From: an uncultured bacterium
GTDB lineage: Bacteria; Babelota; Babeliae; Babelales; JACPOV01
Length of the DNA stretch: 64,000 bases
Assembly (NCBI GenBank): GCA_963744715.1
Contig: CAVUUR010000012.1
Span: 1-64,000 of the forward strand
Direction of reading: 5' to 3'
The first letter of the stretch is position 1, and the number at the start of each line of letters is the position of its first letter. Below are positions 38,901 to 48,112 of this stretch, in pieces. A program made the position numbers and the translations under genes. Under the pieces are notes generated by a model. That model saw only the letters and a program-made list of their open reading frames with translations, had not been told where the DNA came from and did no database searches.

Positions 38901-41753
38901 CTTGATCCTAAAGCAGTACAACGGGAAATGGGGCCCTATAGATTCACTACTGATTTATTGCGTAACATTGTTATTAGACCAACAAGTGTCGATGATGTTA
39001 GCCATGGTAATTATGTATACGTGAGTGATTATTATGCAGGAGAATATTTAGTACTATCGAATGATCCGGATGGCAAAGATTCACTTGATAATGCCTATGA
39101 TTTAGGTTCTCCGCAGCGCTATGCAATAAGTCTTTCTAGCGGCAAGGTATACGATAGCAAGCAACAAGGGCAAGAGATAAAAATATTGAACGATCTTAAC
39201 GATCTGTTGCAACGCGCGCAAGCATCCAAGCCATTTTTACCGGCATTATTAAAAAAAGTCAAAGATTCTCAAGCAGGGTACACCCAAGCGCTTGACCGGC
39301 AAGAATATAGTATTGATACACAATTTGGTCCTTTTAAATTTTTTATTGATAAACAAGATTTGCAACGTGGTAATTATATTTATGGGGATGTTTCATCAAT
39401 TAAAGATCCATTAACTATGGATCGTAAAAAGCTTTTTGATACTATCACTGATTATTTTATTTGTATTAAGAGCCCAGATGGTACTGATAATAGTGGTCAA
39501 TGGGTATATGGTACTAAACTAGGACCGGATACGTACCGTGTGATAAGTTTAGTGACCGGTTCATTATATGATCGTGGCGGTACATTTCAAGGCTGGTTTA
39601 ATGCCTATGGCGCTAGCGTTGATAAGAATATAGATATTAATACAGGATTTTTGCAAAATGTATATGGTTATGCAAAAGTAACATGGGGAACTGATGTTCG
39701 TTCAGAACTTAAGGAACGAATATTAGCCTTAACACAAAAACAATACGATAAACTTGTTCAAGAACGTAAAGAAATTGCACAGGCGCAAGAAAAAGAAGCA
39801 AAATTATATGCGCCAATGAATGCTACGTTAAAAGCAAATATTGATGCGCAAGAATATGAGGCTACGTTAAAAGCAATGGTACCACCGCGCTACATTAAAA
39901 AATATAACAATCAATATTATGCGGTGCCAGCTCCCGAAGAACAACAAGGCATTGAACCAATTTACATTGATTACAACGTTGGTGATGCCAACAAAGATAA
40001 TGGTGTTGGTATGAGTTATGACGGCAAAGGATTACCCGTTATTCGATTAACGGGATGGAATCTTGATGTAATGCGTGCTTATGCTGGTATTGTGGTGCAA
40101 CCCAATGGCAAGCAAGTTATCGACATAGCGGTTGATCATCCACAGATTCCAGTTGGTGCTAATATGGTTGCCATTGATGTTGCCAGTGCAACTAAAAAAC
40201 TTTCCGATGCACGTAATAGTTTTAAAAAAGCGTCGGATGCATTAGCCAATACAAAAACCGAAATAACCAAAGAGATGAAAGATTCCTTATTTGCTGCCGC
40301 CGTCAAACTTGGCTATGCAAAACAAGAATACAAGAGTGCATTGGCGGTTAAGCGGGCAGGTATTCCCACATCAAAATCGGTGAGTTATGATTTTTACTTT
40401 AATGAAACGATAGGCTCTTATTTTGTTCGTATGAAAACAGCAGATACTGAAGTTTTAATTGATCTCGTTGCTGGGTATGTTTATGATGTCACCGGTCTTC
40501 CTGCATTACGTACCTTTAAAACATTAGTTAATGCATCAAACAATGCTTTATTATTTGTTGGCGAAGATCAAAATAATCTTTTTATGGCAACCTATATGGG
40601 TGAAGATAACATATATCATTCATGGACGTTAAAAGACAAAGTGCTCAATGCTGATAAAACAGAAATTAAATATACTATGCAAAGTAATGAAGCTGATCAA
40701 GAAAGTATTATCGTGTACAACAAAAAAACAGGAGAGTATTCAGTTTATGGCACTAACGCGAAGGGTGAAACGGTTAAGCTTGGTGTATATAAGCCAGGAA
40801 ATTTAGTGTATTCCAATCTGCATTACACAAAGACTATTACAAAATCTGACGCCAATGGTACTTATGTACAGGATGATGAACCATTTAATCCTATATTATT
40901 AATCTGGGATGGAAAACCATCCTTGGCATTGCAAAGTATTTTCTACAAGCAACAATTAATACCATTAAAAGGAAGCGGTGATTCATATAGTGGATCGTAT
41001 AAAGAAGAGGATAGTACAAAGCCGATAACCGTTACTAAACAAAAGAAACAATTAAATTCTCGTTTGCAGGCTCATTGGGTTTCAATTGTGGATGGTGATA
41101 AAACCTACGTATACTTGTATGATACGCAAGTGTTGGATCCTGAAGCTCCTGTTGTTTGTCCAACAACGAACGATGAAGTGTATGATGTAACTAAATTGCA
41201 ATTAAAGCTCAATTATTGGAAAGAGTGCGCGTGGAATCTTAATAGTGTTACCGATTCTTTTGGTGTGAGTATGCTTGTTAATAGTATTCCAATAAGCAAT
41301 TTATTAGGTGTTGATAGTGCCTCGATACAAGGTGTTCCTAATAAACCGGAAGTCAAATCGGTACTTAACAAAACCTTAGCACGTATTTCCTATGATAAAA
41401 ATAATGATCGTTATGTGTATCAATTCGATAGTTCTGATGAAAAATGGTCTTATTATCAAAGTAAATTTATTGGTTGGTACGTTGATTTAAATAATGGTAT
41501 TTTATTTGATCAAAATGGTTATCCAAGAGGCTCGTTGTTACCAAGTCAATTGTATTTACTGCTTGATCGCTTAAGTGTAGCGGTGGTTCCTGTAGCCGAT
41601 CCGAATGGTGAACAGATATATGACAATCAAGGAAATGCAGTTATTGATCAAAAAACAGGAAAACCTTTAAAAGCAATATCTGGCCTTGGATATCGTACAA
41701 CACAAGTAGTTACACAAGAAACAAAAAAACAAGCACCAAAAAAAGCAAAATAA
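35961..41753 (+). CDS. Giant exported protein (1930 aa): coiled coil, hydrophobic segment, internal repeats
   Basis: Uninterrupted ORF; signal peptide; Ala/Glu/Lys heptads at aa ~175-360; recurring (S/D)LxxGxxYD and GxYxY motifs. Confidence 0.85.
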   Translation: MNKIRYLVVITGLLLSTICINTIYSMGALGEEVVGRAATEALGEGAMEGLEKGAVESLAKRVADEMGVSVEEIGALPEETKAAFQERLAQAFKEVRIEGGVFKFPDETLFKNTIADVRGKFVGDVRSIAEQQSGFSSLKEEALKKFGVQQELFERFPYKPKVPEVPGFKGVEGEVSSAEKQLENVHTQLADAKDNLSYAKSIKDEGAIKTAQEHVEGLEKQFNELDNKIIGQKEALVKSAEQEVSKADKVLEQAKAKGDPAAIEKAEINKAEVNNNLEIKKEEAVLAKRKSLASKYEEAKKTKTASETSVKEAQEDLKAAQKTGDTEKIGKAQKALTDAQEADHVAGEDLSKAEKEFLETKSEWSYERLKGRAKSLLVEHIVNGVVGGFAFSIPNIIIQVIEGAMNIRGLQDQLKRPQRFGGVWMQIPSDLINYAVPASSKYIYVGLEKKATDDVPNHVDDADTDSYFKKANFYLSINDYDEYAAAAITDPNFPNAMVHANTGYHFASDGLPYDPTTPVVPLLEATQRAKSLQVHLDDQAGQVLRGVSGEIYNGELRWEQTGYKGNKTIADRFDQTKNKNIPYDIKPPNAYGEVLTPAVQLGPIFFGPYTIEPITALSDKSIQKIANSTKVKGPLNLPYIALKQYGYQTADTPLIQMIIKNTEDTATKAYIKDYIVAFDREYRQIPLHTPLTTSEYGFASYALNPNVMVIGSLLSEKMYDKSGKELTDQLIDTSKLLGQALGSFEVDLQSQIIVMKQYVKEKSDELKEKMKYGPISIGSFTLSIPKELFDKGVYVYTIPKALEDGSSDYVVAMALNAEKHPVVSPLPNDNVITFISLITSRFYDNVLVPYDKAHAGQKDTSYIVYKQPNGAFMLATGAANETYGEQLFSGKAPLYSIFMDATINPNKPTSEQQALLRKNGATEQESTLLPLPEQWALSNRGPVVDAANNVRIGDLITKVAPDFQKLLNKVFSSWRVYMEKLDPKAVQREMGPYRFTTDLLRNIVIRPTSVDDVSHGNYVYVSDYYAGEYLVLSNDPDGKDSLDNAYDLGSPQRYAISLSSGKVYDSKQQGQEIKILNDLNDLLQRAQASKPFLPALLKKVKDSQAGYTQALDRQEYSIDTQFGPFKFFIDKQDLQRGNYIYGDVSSIKDPLTMDRKKLFDTITDYFICIKSPDGTDNSGQWVYGTKLGPDTYRVISLVTGSLYDRGGTFQGWFNAYGASVDKNIDINTGFLQNVYGYAKVTWGTDVRSELKERILALTQKQYDKLVQERKEIAQAQEKEAKLYAPMNATLKANIDAQEYEATLKAMVPPRYIKKYNNQYYAVPAPEEQQGIEPIYIDYNVGDANKDNGVGMSYDGKGLPVIRLTGWNLDVMRAYAGIVVQPNGKQVIDIAVDHPQIPVGANMVAIDVASATKKLSDARNSFKKASDALANTKTEITKEMKDSLFAAAVKLGYAKQEYKSALAVKRAGIPTSKSVSYDFYFNETIGSYFVRMKTADTEVLIDLVAGYVYDVTGLPALRTFKTLVNASNNALLFVGEDQNNLFMATYMGEDNIYHSWTLKDKVLNADKTEIKYTMQSNEADQESIIVYNKKTGEYSVYGTNAKGETVKLGVYKPGNLVYSNLHYTKTITKSDANGTYVQDDEPFNPILLIWDGKPSLALQSIFYKQQLIPLKGSGDSYSGSYKEEDSTKPITVTKQKKQLNSRLQAHWVSIVDGDKTYVYLYDTQVLDPEAPVVCPTTNDEVYDVTKLQLKLNYWKECAWNLNSVTDSFGVSMLVNSIPISNLLGVDSASIQGVPNKPEVKSVLNKTLARISYDKNNDRYVYQFDSSDEKWSYYQSKFIGWYVDLNNGILFDQNGYPRGSLLPSQLYLLLDRLSVAVVPVADPNGEQIYDNQGNAVIDQKTGKPLKAISGLGYRTTQVVTQETKKQAPKKAK

Positions 41754-41837
41754 AGATGACTTGATTGGTGGAAACAAGCTTTTTTTTGAGTTATACTACG
41801 TGTATCAGTATACAATTTTTACAAGGTATGAAAAATA

Positions 41838-43355
41838 ATGGTAACAATAAATTTTGTACATACAAAAGGTAATGAACACGTAGAAAATATTGCTTGCTTT
41901 GTGCCGCAAGATGCAGATTTATCAAAGGATATTACACAACTTGCGCAACGGTATTTTACTCCATTAAAAGAACATTTTGAACAATTACATTTTTCTGGGC
42001 AATTGGGACGTACTGTTGTAATTCCTGTCCAAAAGGATGAAAAAATAACAACGTTGTTGTTTATTGGATTAGGCAAAAAAAGTAATAGCGATAGAGATAT
42101 TGAACAGTTTCGCCGCGCTGTCGGCTCATTGATTAAAGCAATGCAAAGTCGCAAGATTAATTCTTGCGTGGTGTATATGCCATCGATTGATCTTTTTTCA
42201 AACGTTACGTACTCGTATTTAGCCGAGCAGGCAACCATCAGTGCCAATATGGCAGCATATCGATTTGATGACTATATTACTGATGCGACAAGAAAGGTAA
42301 ATAAAGATTTAGCCCTTACGTTTATCGCTGATAGTGCTCTACAGAAAGATATCGAAGAAGGAATACGAAAAGGTTCTATCATTGCCCAATCGGTAAATCA
42401 AGTTCGTCACTGGGTCGATTTACCACCTTCAGTATTAACGCCTTCAGTGTTGGTAAAACGTGCGCAAACTATTGCTCAAGAACATGGGCTTGGTATTACC
42501 GTCTTTAATGAAGAAACCATAAAAAAAATGGGCATGGGTGGCTTGGCTGCAGTTTCTGCCGGTTCGCATGAAGATTGTGCATTAATTATTCTAGAATATA
42601 AAACAGAGAAAAAAAATGCGCCAACGATCGCTTTTGTTGGTAAAGGAATAACCTTTGATTCTGGCGGTTTAAGCCTTAAACCGGCTACATCAATGGAGAC
42701 TATGAAAGATGATATGTCGGGAGCGGCTGTAGTCATCAATGTGTTACAAGGCTCTTGCGCAACTCAAACCGGACGTTAACGTTATTGGTTTAGCGCCAAT
42801 TTCTGAAAATTTACCAAGTGGTACGGCAACAAAACCGGGTGACATTGTTCGTTTTTACAATGGTAAAACAGCCGAAATACGCAATACTGATGCAGAAGGT
42901 CGATTAATTTTAGCTGATGCTCTCTCGTATGCGGTTAAGCATTATAAACTTGACGCAATTATTGATATAGCAACGTTAACCGGTGCGTGTGCTCATGCGT
43001 TAGGACCATTTTTTACGGGCATAATGGGTCAACATGATGGTTATTGCAGCGCGTTGAACAAGCAGCGCATGTATCTGGTGATCGTGTTTGGCGCTTACCG
43101 TTTGATAATGATTATAAAGCTGCAATCGTGTGCGATGTTGCTGATATTTGTAATATTGGCAAATCAAATTATAAAGCAGGCGCAATAACGGCAGGATTCT
43201 TTTTACAACATTTTGTTGATGATGTTCCATGGGTCCATTTAGATATTGCCGGCACAGCATTTGATGTTCCTGATATTAGTTATTATGTTCATGGTGCAAC
43301 GGGAGCCGGATTGCGTTTATTAGTTGATCTTGCATTACGTTGGACAAGTAAATAA
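41838..43355 (+). CDS. pepA: Leucyl aminopeptidase (M17), with two indels
   Basis: VGKGITFDSGG, MKDDMSGAA, NTDAEGRL, ATLTGA, WVHLDIAG across three ORFs. Confidence 0.93.
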
Positions 43356-43535
43356 TAATAGATCAAAAAAATATATCCATTAATGTTGCTTTATTTTAAA
43401 TAATATTTACAATAAAAAATTATTATAGTGATAGCGTACTATTAACAACGTTATTTTTACAAATAATATTGTTAATGTGTCTGCTCTGAAAAATATGTAC
43501 GTAAATGTTATAAAAATAAATAGGTTAGGATTCTT

Positions 43536-44159
43536 ATGATTATCAGTAAACTGCAAAAAAATACAATGTTCATATCCCTGTTAGCTATTCCATGGTTTAG
43601 CATGGCTATGGATGAAAATTTATATGATGAAGCACACGGGCGGGGAGAAATAAGACGACCAACGTTTGCAGAAATAAAGGGTGAGATAGCTCCAGTGGTA
43701 AATGTCTTTGTGGATACTTATCAAGAAACCGTTAGGGTCGCTAAAGCTATACGAGATCAGGTAAGAGATAATGCCAATTCGGATCAAAAAAGTATTGATA
43801 AGAGTTTTGATGAGGTAAGGCCTAACGATTCTTCTCCTGTGGTTAATGATTCCAATTATTTTCCTATAAGATGGCTTACAAAAAAAGATGCATTAAAATT
43901 TGGTATGGGTGCCGTTGTTGCTGTAGCAGTCTGCGGTGCCGTATACGTGTTATACAAAAATGGTACTATCAAAAAATTTGCTCATACGGTGGTTGAATAT
44001 AAGCGAACGGTTATCGGTACTGTTATTACGGGAACAGCAGCCATTGCGGGTTCACTGTTGTTGTATAACTGGTATACTCAGAACTCTGAGCCGACTGAAT
44101 TAGAAAAACATGTTGTGATGCATAACCATTTTCCATCTGTTGCGCAAAATACACCGTAA
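43536..44159 (+). CDS. Exported protein with two C-terminal TM helices
   Basis: Signal peptide ending SMA-MDE; two hydrophobic helices. Confidence 0.75.
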   Translation: MIISKLQKNTMFISLLAIPWFSMAMDENLYDEAHGRGEIRRPTFAEIKGEIAPVVNVFVDTYQETVRVAKAIRDQVRDNANSDQKSIDKSFDEVRPNDSSPVVNDSNYFPIRWLTKKDALKFGMGAVVAVAVCGAVYVLYKNGTIKKFAHTVVEYKRTVIGTVITGTAAIAGSLLLYNWYTQNSEPTELEKHVVMHNHFPSVAQNTP

Positions 44160-44192
44160 CTTTTACCTTGTATAATTTTCTCGTGCAGATTA

Positions 44193-44224
44193 GGCCACTA
44201 TGGAAACATAGTGGCTTTTTTTTT
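44193..44224 (+). terminator. Intrinsic terminator
   Basis: GGCCACTATG-GAAA-CATAGTGGC followed by T9. Confidence 0.85.
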
Positions 44225-44380
44225 GTTATTTGTGATGTAACATTTTCTTGTGGTTATAAATAACATTTAGATACAATAAAAAAATAATTAGATAGCAATG
44301 CAGGCTTATCGATGCAAAAATATTGTTATAGTAGTATTGTTTTTTTATTGTTGTCTTTTATGAGCATTACGGGATATGTA

Positions 44381-44965
44381 ATGATTAAAAAAAAGCCACT
44401 CACCTCGTATAAAAAAAAGCGTAATTTTACCGCTACCCCAGAGCCGTCAGGAAAAACGGTTGCGAAGAAAAAATCGAAAGATTTGTTATTTGTTATCCAA
44501 AAACATCAAGCATCACATTTGCATTATGATTTTAGAATCGAAGTTAATGGCGCTCTTAAATCATGGGCGGTGCCAAAAGGTCCATCGATTGATCCTTCAC
44601 AAAAAAGATTAGCTATGCCAACTGAAGATCATCCGTATGATTATGCGCATTTTGAAGGAATTATTCCCGAAGGTAATTATGGTGCGGGTACGGTTATGGT
44701 TTGGGATATTGGGACCTATACTCTTATTGAGAAAGAAAATCCTATTTCGATGAAAGAAGCGTTGAAGAATGGTCAGGTCGAAATATGGTTAGAGGGCAAA
44801 AAATTACATGGTGGTTATACGTTAATTAGAATTGGAACAGGTACCGATGACGAGCGATGGTTATTAATAAAAATGCGTGATGAATATGCCGATAAAAAAA
44901 GAGGCATTAATGAGCGTTCAGCACTAACAAATCGGACGATGAATCAAATTACCAAAGAAGGTTAG
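44381..44965 (+). CDS. Stand-alone LigD 3'-phosphoesterase (PE) domain protein
   Basis: KRNF..TPEP, FVIQKH.ASHLHYDFR.E, KSWAVPKGPS, EDHP, YGAGTVMVWD.G. Confidence 0.93.
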   Translation: MIKKKPLTSYKKKRNFTATPEPSGKTVAKKKSKDLLFVIQKHQASHLHYDFRIEVNGALKSWAVPKGPSIDPSQKRLAMPTEDHPYDYAHFEGIIPEGNYGAGTVMVWDIGTYTLIEKENPISMKEALKNGQVEIWLEGKKLHGGYTLIRIGTGTDDERWLLIKMRDEYADKKRGINERSALTNRTMNQITKEG

Positions 44966-44973
44966 TGAGTGCG

Positions 44974-45696
44974 ATGAAGATTGTTTTTCTTGGCACGCGC
45001 GGCAATATAAAAATTCGTACGAAGCTTCATTACCGCCATACGAGCACGCTTATTTCATATAATAAAACTACTATCATGATTGATGGTGGTTTAGATTGGC
45101 GTACAACAATAAAAAAATTTAGCGTTGATGCCCTGTTTGTTACGCATGCACACCCTGATCATAATGGAGGATTAAAAAAAGGAGTGCCGTTTCCCGTGTA
45201 TGCAACGATAGAAAGTTGGGATCGTATGAAATCCTATACCATAGATGATCGTAGAATTATTGTGCCGCGTACACCAGTCGATCTTGGTGCATTACGGTGT
45301 GAAGCTTTTCCGGTTGTTCATTCACTGCGTGCACCTGCGGTTGGCTATCGTATAACCGGGGGAAAACATAGTATATTTTATGTACCTGATCTGGTAAAAA
45401 TTATTGATCAGCATGATGCTCTAAAAAATATCGATTTGTATAGTGGTGACGGTGCAATTGTAGAGCGTTCGATGTTAGTGCGTAAAAAAGGAACAACCTA
45501 CATTGGGCATGCATCAATTAACACACAACTTTCTTGGTGTAAAAAAGAAGGCGTTCCGCGTGCGGTATTTACGCATTGCGGTACCGAAATTGTTTCAGCG
45601 AATGCGCAAGAAATTGAAGAACGGCTTGCGTCATTAGGAAAAAAAAAGGGGGTTGCTGTTATCCTTGCGTATGATGGTATGGAATTACGTTTGTAA
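44974..45696 (+). CDS. MBL-fold metallo-hydrolase (PhnP/RNase Z-like phosphodiesterase group)
   Basis: MKIVFLGT.G, IDGG, THAHPDH, VVHS, YVPD, GHAS, FTH, AYDG. Confidence 0.88.
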   Translation: MKIVFLGTRGNIKIRTKLHYRHTSTLISYNKTTIMIDGGLDWRTTIKKFSVDALFVTHAHPDHNGGLKKGVPFPVYATIESWDRMKSYTIDDRRIIVPRTPVDLGALRCEAFPVVHSLRAPAVGYRITGGKHSIFYVPDLVKIIDQHDALKNIDLYSGDGAIVERSMLVRKKGTTYIGHASINTQLSWCKKEGVPRAVFTHCGTEIVSANAQEIEERLASLGKKKGVAVILAYDGMELRL

Positions 45697-45724
45697 ATTA
45701 GGTATGGGCATTAAGGAATAAAAA

Positions 45725-46642
45725 ATGGGATCAATACGGTGTGGGCGTTATGTAATTGAAACATCGCATGAAGATAAAATATTATTTACACCAACTCCTA
45801 TTACTAAGGGTGCATTAATTAATTATTACACCGCTATTGCTTCGGTAATGTTGCCTTATATGAAGAATCATCCACTCACCATGCTTCGCTATCCCAATGG
45901 CATTGATCATGAAGGGTTTTATCAAAAAGATACTCCCGATTATTTTCCTTCTTGGATTGATCGAATAACCATCAAAAAAAAAGAGGGAGGTTCAACGACC
46001 TACGTTGTATGCAATAATAAAGCAACGCTAGTCTATTTAGCTAATCAAAGTTGTATTACACCGCATTTGTGGTTGAGCCGTGCCGATAAGCTTGATTATC
46101 CAGATCGTATGATTTTTGATATTGACCCGGCAGAACGTACCAATTTTTCAACAGTACGTATGGTTGCATTACGTTTAAAAAAAATATTAGAAGATCTTGA
46201 TTTAACGCCATTCGCTATGACTACCGGTTCGCATGGCATGCATGTAATTGTGCCGCTCAACCGTCGGGCAAACTTTGATACCGTTCGCACGTTTGCGCGT
46301 ACCGTTGCAGAAATTCTTGTTGCGGATGATCCGAAAAATATAACCTTAGAACTTAACAAGGCAAAACGAAAAAATCGCATATTTTTAGATTATTTACGCA
46401 ATGGATTTGGAGCAACCGGGGTTGCCCCTTATGCCGTGCGCCCAAAACCGGGTGCGCCGGTAGCAACACCGATAACATGGCAAGAAGTACACGATACAAA
46501 ACTAACATCACAGCGCTACAACATTACTACTATTTTTAATCATCTAAAAAAAAATCCTAATCCATGGAAATCATTCCATACAAGCGCTTGTTCGATAGCA
46601 AAAGCATCGGTGCTCCTTAAAAAAATAAAAAAAAATAGTTGA
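45725..46642 (+). CDS. Stand-alone LigD polymerase (AEP primase-polymerase) domain protein
   Basis: RYPNG..FYQK, FDIDP, TTGS.G.HV, FLDYLRN, APYAVR, APVATP. Confidence 0.93.
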   Translation: MGSIRCGRYVIETSHEDKILFTPTPITKGALINYYTAIASVMLPYMKNHPLTMLRYPNGIDHEGFYQKDTPDYFPSWIDRITIKKKEGGSTTYVVCNNKATLVYLANQSCITPHLWLSRADKLDYPDRMIFDIDPAERTNFSTVRMVALRLKKILEDLDLTPFAMTTGSHGMHVIVPLNRRANFDTVRTFARTVAEILVADDPKNITLELNKAKRKNRIFLDYLRNGFGATGVAPYAVRPKPGAPVATPITWQEVHDTKLTSQRYNITTIFNHLKKNPNPWKSFHTSACSIAKASVLLKKIKKNS

Positions 46643-46790
46643 ATTAATGGCGTATAATTATTCTAGAAAGTAATTTTTTTATAATTAAAGTATTGAATAA
46701 CGTTGATCAATAATGAAATTGTGGTACGTTGGTTATGATTTTTTATGTAATTGTTTAATAGTTAAAATTATAAAAATTACGAAGGAGTTA

Positions 46791-48020
46791 ATGGTAAATT
46801 TTTTTTTATATCTCTGTGCTACGGTAACGTTGATAGTATCTTTTTTTGATAGTTGTAAGGCTATGGAGCAAAGCCAACCTTCCCATGAAATGCCGCAATA
46901 CTGGGTCGTTCCCTATGTAGCAGGTCGGATACCGGAACAACCAGTTGCCATAACAACCGAAGAATTTGAAACTTTTGTAAGATGCAGCGCACCTATTAGA
47001 TCAATAAATGAAGCGCTTTCGACCCTTCCCGGTGACACTCAAAAAATACTATATTTACCTGAAGTTTCTTCGGAAGGTTTTTTACAATTGCGGCCATTGG
47101 TAAACAAATTAGCTCACAATGAGTCTCAAGATGGAGTGCAATCAGATATCAATAATTATAAGCCTGAAGATATTGTACCGCTGATGTATAATGCGTTGTA
47201 TCTTGCTATCACGCCACTATTTAATGGTTCTAAAAATTCATTAATTACTAAAATAAAAGAAGATACATCCATTATTAACTCTTTTATGGAACAAAAAATT
47301 CCCTGTTTATACATGGCAAGGTTGCCACTATCGATTCAAAAAGAAATAAGTGATGAATTACTTTCTAATGTCTCTTACAAAAATGAGATTGTAAGTGCTA
47401 TGTCATCGTTGGTTAATTATTCAGAATGCTTTTATTGGATGTATAAAGATAAAAAATTTAAGAGTTATAGTCAGGGTAAGCAGCTTTCGAAAAATCTTCT
47501 TAAAAATCTGGGTATTAAGTTTTCTGACGACGAGAAGCCAATATTGATTCACGATAAACGGTTCATGATAGTTTCTGATAAAAAGGGCACAAATATTTTC
47601 GATATTGAAAAACGGGCCCCTATTTTGAATTATGAAACGTTAGCTTTTGATCATGCAGCGGTTAGCCGAAATGGAAAATTTTTTGTTTTCGCAGATCAAA
47701 ATACGATATCCATTGTCAATACTAGCTCTAAAGAAAGGGTTAAATGGCCGGCTCTTAAGGATGTACCAAGGTACCGTTTAGACATTAATGATGACGGTCA
47801 ACTAGTCATGTATGGTGACGATAGGATATATATTATGAATCGTCATGGATTTTTTTGTGAAAGAAAAAAACCTACATCTATTGAATATCTGTATTATGAT
47901 GATGGGGGGAACATAATAGGAATAGGAAATGATTCAACAAAGTTTGTTATGTGGAGAATTTCACCCAAGTTTAACGAGCTGCCATATTGGTGGAATAATG
48001 CATTATACGACGATAAATAA
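46791..48020 (+). CDS. Exported Skp1/BTB-like plus beta-propeller protein, paralogue 1
   Basis: AAGGAG RBS; signal peptide ending CKA-MEQ; LPEVSS..F..L and LMYNALYLAI.PL; WD40-like blades (AVSRNGKF). Confidence 0.65.
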   Translation: MVNFFLYLCATVTLIVSFFDSCKAMEQSQPSHEMPQYWVVPYVAGRIPEQPVAITTEEFETFVRCSAPIRSINEALSTLPGDTQKILYLPEVSSEGFLQLRPLVNKLAHNESQDGVQSDINNYKPEDIVPLMYNALYLAITPLFNGSKNSLITKIKEDTSIINSFMEQKIPCLYMARLPLSIQKEISDELLSNVSYKNEIVSAMSSLVNYSECFYWMYKDKKFKSYSQGKQLSKNLLKNLGIKFSDDEKPILIHDKRFMIVSDKKGTNIFDIEKRAPILNYETLAFDHAAVSRNGKFFVFADQNTISIVNTSSKERVKWPALKDVPRYRLDINDDGQLVMYGDDRIYIMNRHGFFCERKKPTSIEYLYYDDGGNIIGIGNDSTKFVMWRISPKFNELPYWWNNALYDDK

Positions 48021-48112
48021 TAATACTTTAGCTTGAAATTATTACGAAAAAGCTATATTTTTTAGACAATTATTTTCATCGTTTTTATTCTTTATACGTG
48101 AGTGCATAGGTA

